From sequence record OY723361.1: a stretch of DNA of 9,400 nucleotides; one strand, given 5' to 3'. Of this stretch, positions 6,280 to 9,400 are shown piece by piece. The translations under genes were made by a program, and so were the position numbers. The notes beneath the pieces were generated by a model. It saw nothing but the letters and a program-made list of their open reading frames with translations, had not been told where the DNA came from and did no database searches. How positions within the stretch are numbered: the stretch's first letter is position 1; each line of letters begins with the position of its first letter.

Positions 6280-7525
6280 CACTACTATTGCATATCATGG
6301 TGTAATGAGCTATACAGAGTACTACAGGTATTGGGGGTATCCCTAATGGCAGCATATGCCCCATTAGAGGTATACACCATATCCCCTAGTATCCCTTACA
6401 GCACATACCATGTACAGGTACTCATTAGTAGTATAGAATGTGTATGTCATGACACCAAAACACATGTTTCGAGACATCTAAACACATGGTTTGCACGTAT
6501 GATCATATACAGTATCTAGTGATATACAGGATACTAGTAGTATGCACGGATGGTATGAGGGGTACGGGATACCCCTACATCATAGCCTAACAGCATACAC
6601 TACGAGTACTATGTATACCATGGATACTACATGTATACTACTACGGGTAGGTACTCATGAGTAGTATCATCATGTAATTGCATGCATTTGATGACATGAA
6701 GTACTCATTATGAGTAGGTATACACATCTAATACCACTAGTACAACAGCATACACACCATTAGTACCATGTATCCTATGGTATACAGTACATGGGGAGTA
6801 CGGGTACCATTACACCATGCAGAGGTGTATGGAGTACTATATGGTATATAGGGAGTATCCAGTAGACACCAGATATCATGTACTTGCATGCATTTGATGA
6901 CATGAAACACATGATTCGATGTACTCATTAACAGTATGCATACACACTAAGTACTCAGTATACACCATTACTAGTACTATGTACAGTATAGGGGATACCT
7001 GCAGTATATACCCCATGTACTAGTGGACCCCATATCCCTCAAGGGAACTGGATGAAGGTCCAACTTGCAGAGCATGTGGTGTCTACATGTACTCATTAGC
7101 AGTATGCATGCACATCTAATACCACTAGTACTACACCATGTACACCATTAGTACCATGTATACAGTAGTATACAGTACATGGGGCATACAGGTACATACC
7201 ACCATTACAGAGGTGTATGGAGTACTATATGTATCTATGAGGGTATCCAGTAGTCACCAGATATCATGATATTGCATGCATTTGATGACATGAAACACAT
7301 GATTCGATGTGCTCATTAGTAGTATGTATACACATATAGTATCTAGTGATACACAGGATACTAGTAGTATGCACGGAGGGTATGAGGGATGCAGGATACC
7401 CCTATACCATAGCCTAACAGCATACACTACGAGTACCATGTATACCATGGATACCACATGTATACTACTACGAGTAGGTACTCATGAGTAGTATCATCAT
7501 GTAATTGCATGCATTTGATGACATG
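6280..7525. repeat. Satellite array S3 (tail of A copy 2 plus spacer Y)
   Basis: Boxes at 6685-6700, 6891-6906, 7279-7294 and 7512-7527, with a degenerate monomer around 7085. 7337-7527 is a third copy of 1921-2110 and 6511-6700. Confidence 0.85.
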
Positions 7526-7788
7526 AAAACACATGATTTGATGTACTCAGATTACATGATTATGGTGATATCCAGGACATCACCAGATCCCTTAGAGACC
7601 ATGGGGATCACTACATATGCTATAAGGAGTACACATGCTCTGCATGGTACCTATATCATAGGGTAGGGGTATCCCTCATGATACCTATGGAGACCATATC
7701 CTCTAGATACATGGTATGTGCTCAGAGGATGGTGCCATGGTATGAGGTCCCCAAAAGGGTCTAAATACATGATTTAGGGGTCTAAAAT
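7526..7788. repeat. T unit copy 3 (duplicate of copy 1 within B copy 2)
   Basis: Identical to 3310-3572 at offset 4216. Confidence 0.9.
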
Positions 7789-7981
7789 GACCACTTTTGG
7801 CACCTTTCTGGAGGTACCAAAACGGGTGATTCAATCCCCCAAAAGGGGTCCGCAAATCAAGCCCAGAAATGGTCATAAAAAGGGCTCGTGGGGGTACCCC
7901 CATGAGCACTTTTAGGACCCTAAAATGGGTGTTTTGGACCCCTAAAATGGTGTATTTAGACCCTTTCGGAGGGGTACAGGC
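7741..7981. repeat. 21-22 bp phased array (duplicate of 3525-3765)
   Basis: Identical at offset 4216. Confidence 0.75.
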
Positions 7982-7985
7982 AACG

Positions 7986-8811
7986 AGTACTACTAGATAC
8001 ATACCAGCAGACCATGTATCCTATGGTATATAGGACATGGGGGCTACGGGTACCATTACACCATTACGGGAGTATATGGAGTACTATGGGTATCTAGAGG
8101 AGTCCCTGTAACACCAGATATCATGGTATTGGCATGCATTTGATGACATGAAAACACATGATTTGATGACATGAAATGAGTAGGTATACACATCTAATGA
8201 CAGGATATGGCATACGGGATACCTGAGGAGACCACCTCCACAGGGAATGTCCCTCTGTGCATACCAGGCTACCGAGAGGCCTACGGGGAGTATCCCCATA
8301 CCTCTAAGGAGCCATTATGGCCATTAGGGAGTATCCAGCACATCATTAGATACACGGAATATCATGTAATTGCATAGATTTGATGACATGAAATCATGTG
8401 TTTTGATGACATGAAGTACTCATTATGAGTAGGTATACACATCTAATACCACTAGTACAACAGCATACACACCATTAGTACCATGTATCCTATGGTATAC
8501 AGTACATGGGGAGTACGGGTACCATTACACCATGCAGAGGTGTATGGAGTACTATATGGTATATAGGGAGTATCCAGTAATCACCAGATATCATGTAATG
8601 GCATGCATTTGATGACATGAAACACATGATTTGATGATATGAAGTACTCGATATGTACTCATTATGGGTACCACTAACACTAGTACTACAGCATATCTGT
8701 ACAAGGGGAACCATAAGGATCCGCCCTTGCAGGTATTTGGGTACTATATGATGTATAGAGGGTATCCAGTAGACACCAGATATCATGATATTGCATGCAT
8801 TTGATGACATG
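7986..8811. repeat. Satellite array S4 (inside B copy 2; duplicate of S2)
   Basis: Boxes at 8137, 8377, 8606 and 8798, which are the S2 positions plus 4216. Confidence 0.85.
8195..8322 (+). other. Conserved module copy e (duplicate of copy c in B copy 2)
   Basis: Identical to 3979-4106 at offset 4216. Confidence 0.5.
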
Positions 8812-9074
8812 AAAACACATGATTTGATGTACTCAGATTACATGATTATGGTGATATCCAGGACATCACCAGATCCCTTAGACACCATGGGGATCACTAC
8901 ATATGCTATAAGGAGTACACATGCTCTGCATGGTACCTATATCATAGGGTAGGGGATATGCCCACGATACCTATGGAGACCACATCCTCTAGATACATGG
9001 TATGTGCACAGAGGATGGTGCCATGGTATGAGGACCCCAAATGGGTCGAAATACATGTTTTAGGGGTCCCAAAA
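8812..9074. repeat. T unit copy 4 (duplicate of copy 2 within B copy 2)
   Basis: Identical to 4596-4859 apart from the 1-bp G-run indel. Confidence 0.9.
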
Positions 9075-9128
9075 CATGTGTTGCGAGTAGGTATCGGCAC
9101 GGGATTAGCACATCTAGGGCATTATGGA

Positions 9129-9228
9129 ACCTGAGGAGATCACCTCCACAGGGAATGTCCCTCCGTGCATCCTGGGCTACCGAGAGGCCTACATGCAGTA
9201 CCCCATATCCTCTAAGAGACCATTATGG
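9129..9228 (+). other. Conserved module copy f (core 9129-9192, 3' part diverged)
   Basis: Core identical to copy d. After GGCCTAC the G-hairpin is replaced by ATGCAGTACCCC, then CATATCCTCTAAGAGACCATTATGG. Confidence 0.5.
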
Positions 9229-9240
9229 AGGGTATTGGAC

Positions 9241-9350
9241 AGGGCCCGAAACCCCCAAAATGAGTGATTTGGGGTGCTCAAAACCATCGATTTTGGTGGT
9301 TTTGGCATGCAAAAAGGGTCGAAAACACCTCTTTTAGCCCCTTTTGCACA
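9241..9350. repeat. Degenerate CCAAAA/TTTTGG-type array at the window end
   Basis: CCCGAAACCCCCAAAATGAGTGATTTGGGGTGCTCAAAACCATCGATTTTGGTGGTTTTGGCATGCAAAAAGGGTCGAAAACACCTCTTTTAGCCCC. Same word family as 1-250 but not a copy of it. Confidence 0.55.
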
Positions 9351-9400
9351 TGGGAACACCACCCCATATACTAAGGGGGATCCTTCGAGGGATACAGAAC

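Larger units (their letters stand above)
4914..6700. repeat. Large direct repeat A, copy 2 (~1.79 kb)
   Basis: See copy 1. It starts at ACCTGAGGAG inside the conserved module and ends inside the satellite box ...GCATGCATTTGATGACATGAA. Its first 64 nt (4914-4977) overlap the end of repeat B copy 1. Confidence 0.95.
7526..9192. repeat. Large direct repeat B, copy 2 (1667 bp)
   Basis: See copy 1. Identity stops abruptly after ...GAGAGGCCTAC at 9192, inside the conserved module. Copy 1 continues GGGGAGTATCCCC, whereas this copy continues ATGCAGTACCCC. Confidence 0.97.

Noticed and set aside
1-9400. Alternative genetic code (TGA, TAG or TAA reassigned) hiding long ORFs
   Set aside because: Reading a frame through 2601-3190 by hand gives TGA, TAG and TAA all repeatedly. 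The satellite box itself contains TGATGA, and TAGTAG words are common. No single reassignment opens a long frame.

Overview
I found no credible CDS, tRNA, intact rRNA, CRISPR array or transposase-type gene, and no gene-encoded system such as a defence or metabolic operon. All 9.4 kb is nested, same-orientation repetitive DNA. The longest ORF is 232 aa and low-complexity. ORF frames are not preserved between repeat copies, and all three stop codons occur in every frame I read. Architecture: a roughly 4.2-4.6 kb higher-order unit [A - spacer - B] occurs twice. A is 279-2110 and 4914-6700, about 98.8% identical. B is 3310-4977 and 7526-9192, identical except for one 1-bp indel. The two spacers differ in length (1199 vs 825 bp). 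Four families sit inside these units: (i) a 190-240 bp satellite carrying a TTGATGACATGAA box; (ii) a ~260 bp T unit in 4 copies; (iii) degenerate arrays with 21-24 bp phasing of GACCC/GGTCT..AAAATG..TTTTGG; (iv) a highly conserved ~100-130 nt module in 6 copies, with a 64-nt core. There are also small tandem repeats: a 12-mer x4, (CG)7 and a G-tract cluster. CpG is strongly depleted in the satellite parts (2 observed vs about 11-12 expected in 2281-2640 by hand count). Differences between the A copies are mostly transitions. This looks like methylated eukaryotic heterochromatin-type satellite DNA, not a prokaryotic gene neighbourhood; I cannot name a taxon. Main hypothesis, unverified: the satellite and the module carry an ordered series of 5S rRNA-like motifs, so this may be a decayed 5S rDNA array or a 5S-derived satellite. 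The module core also marks the sharp start of both A copies and the end of B copy 2.
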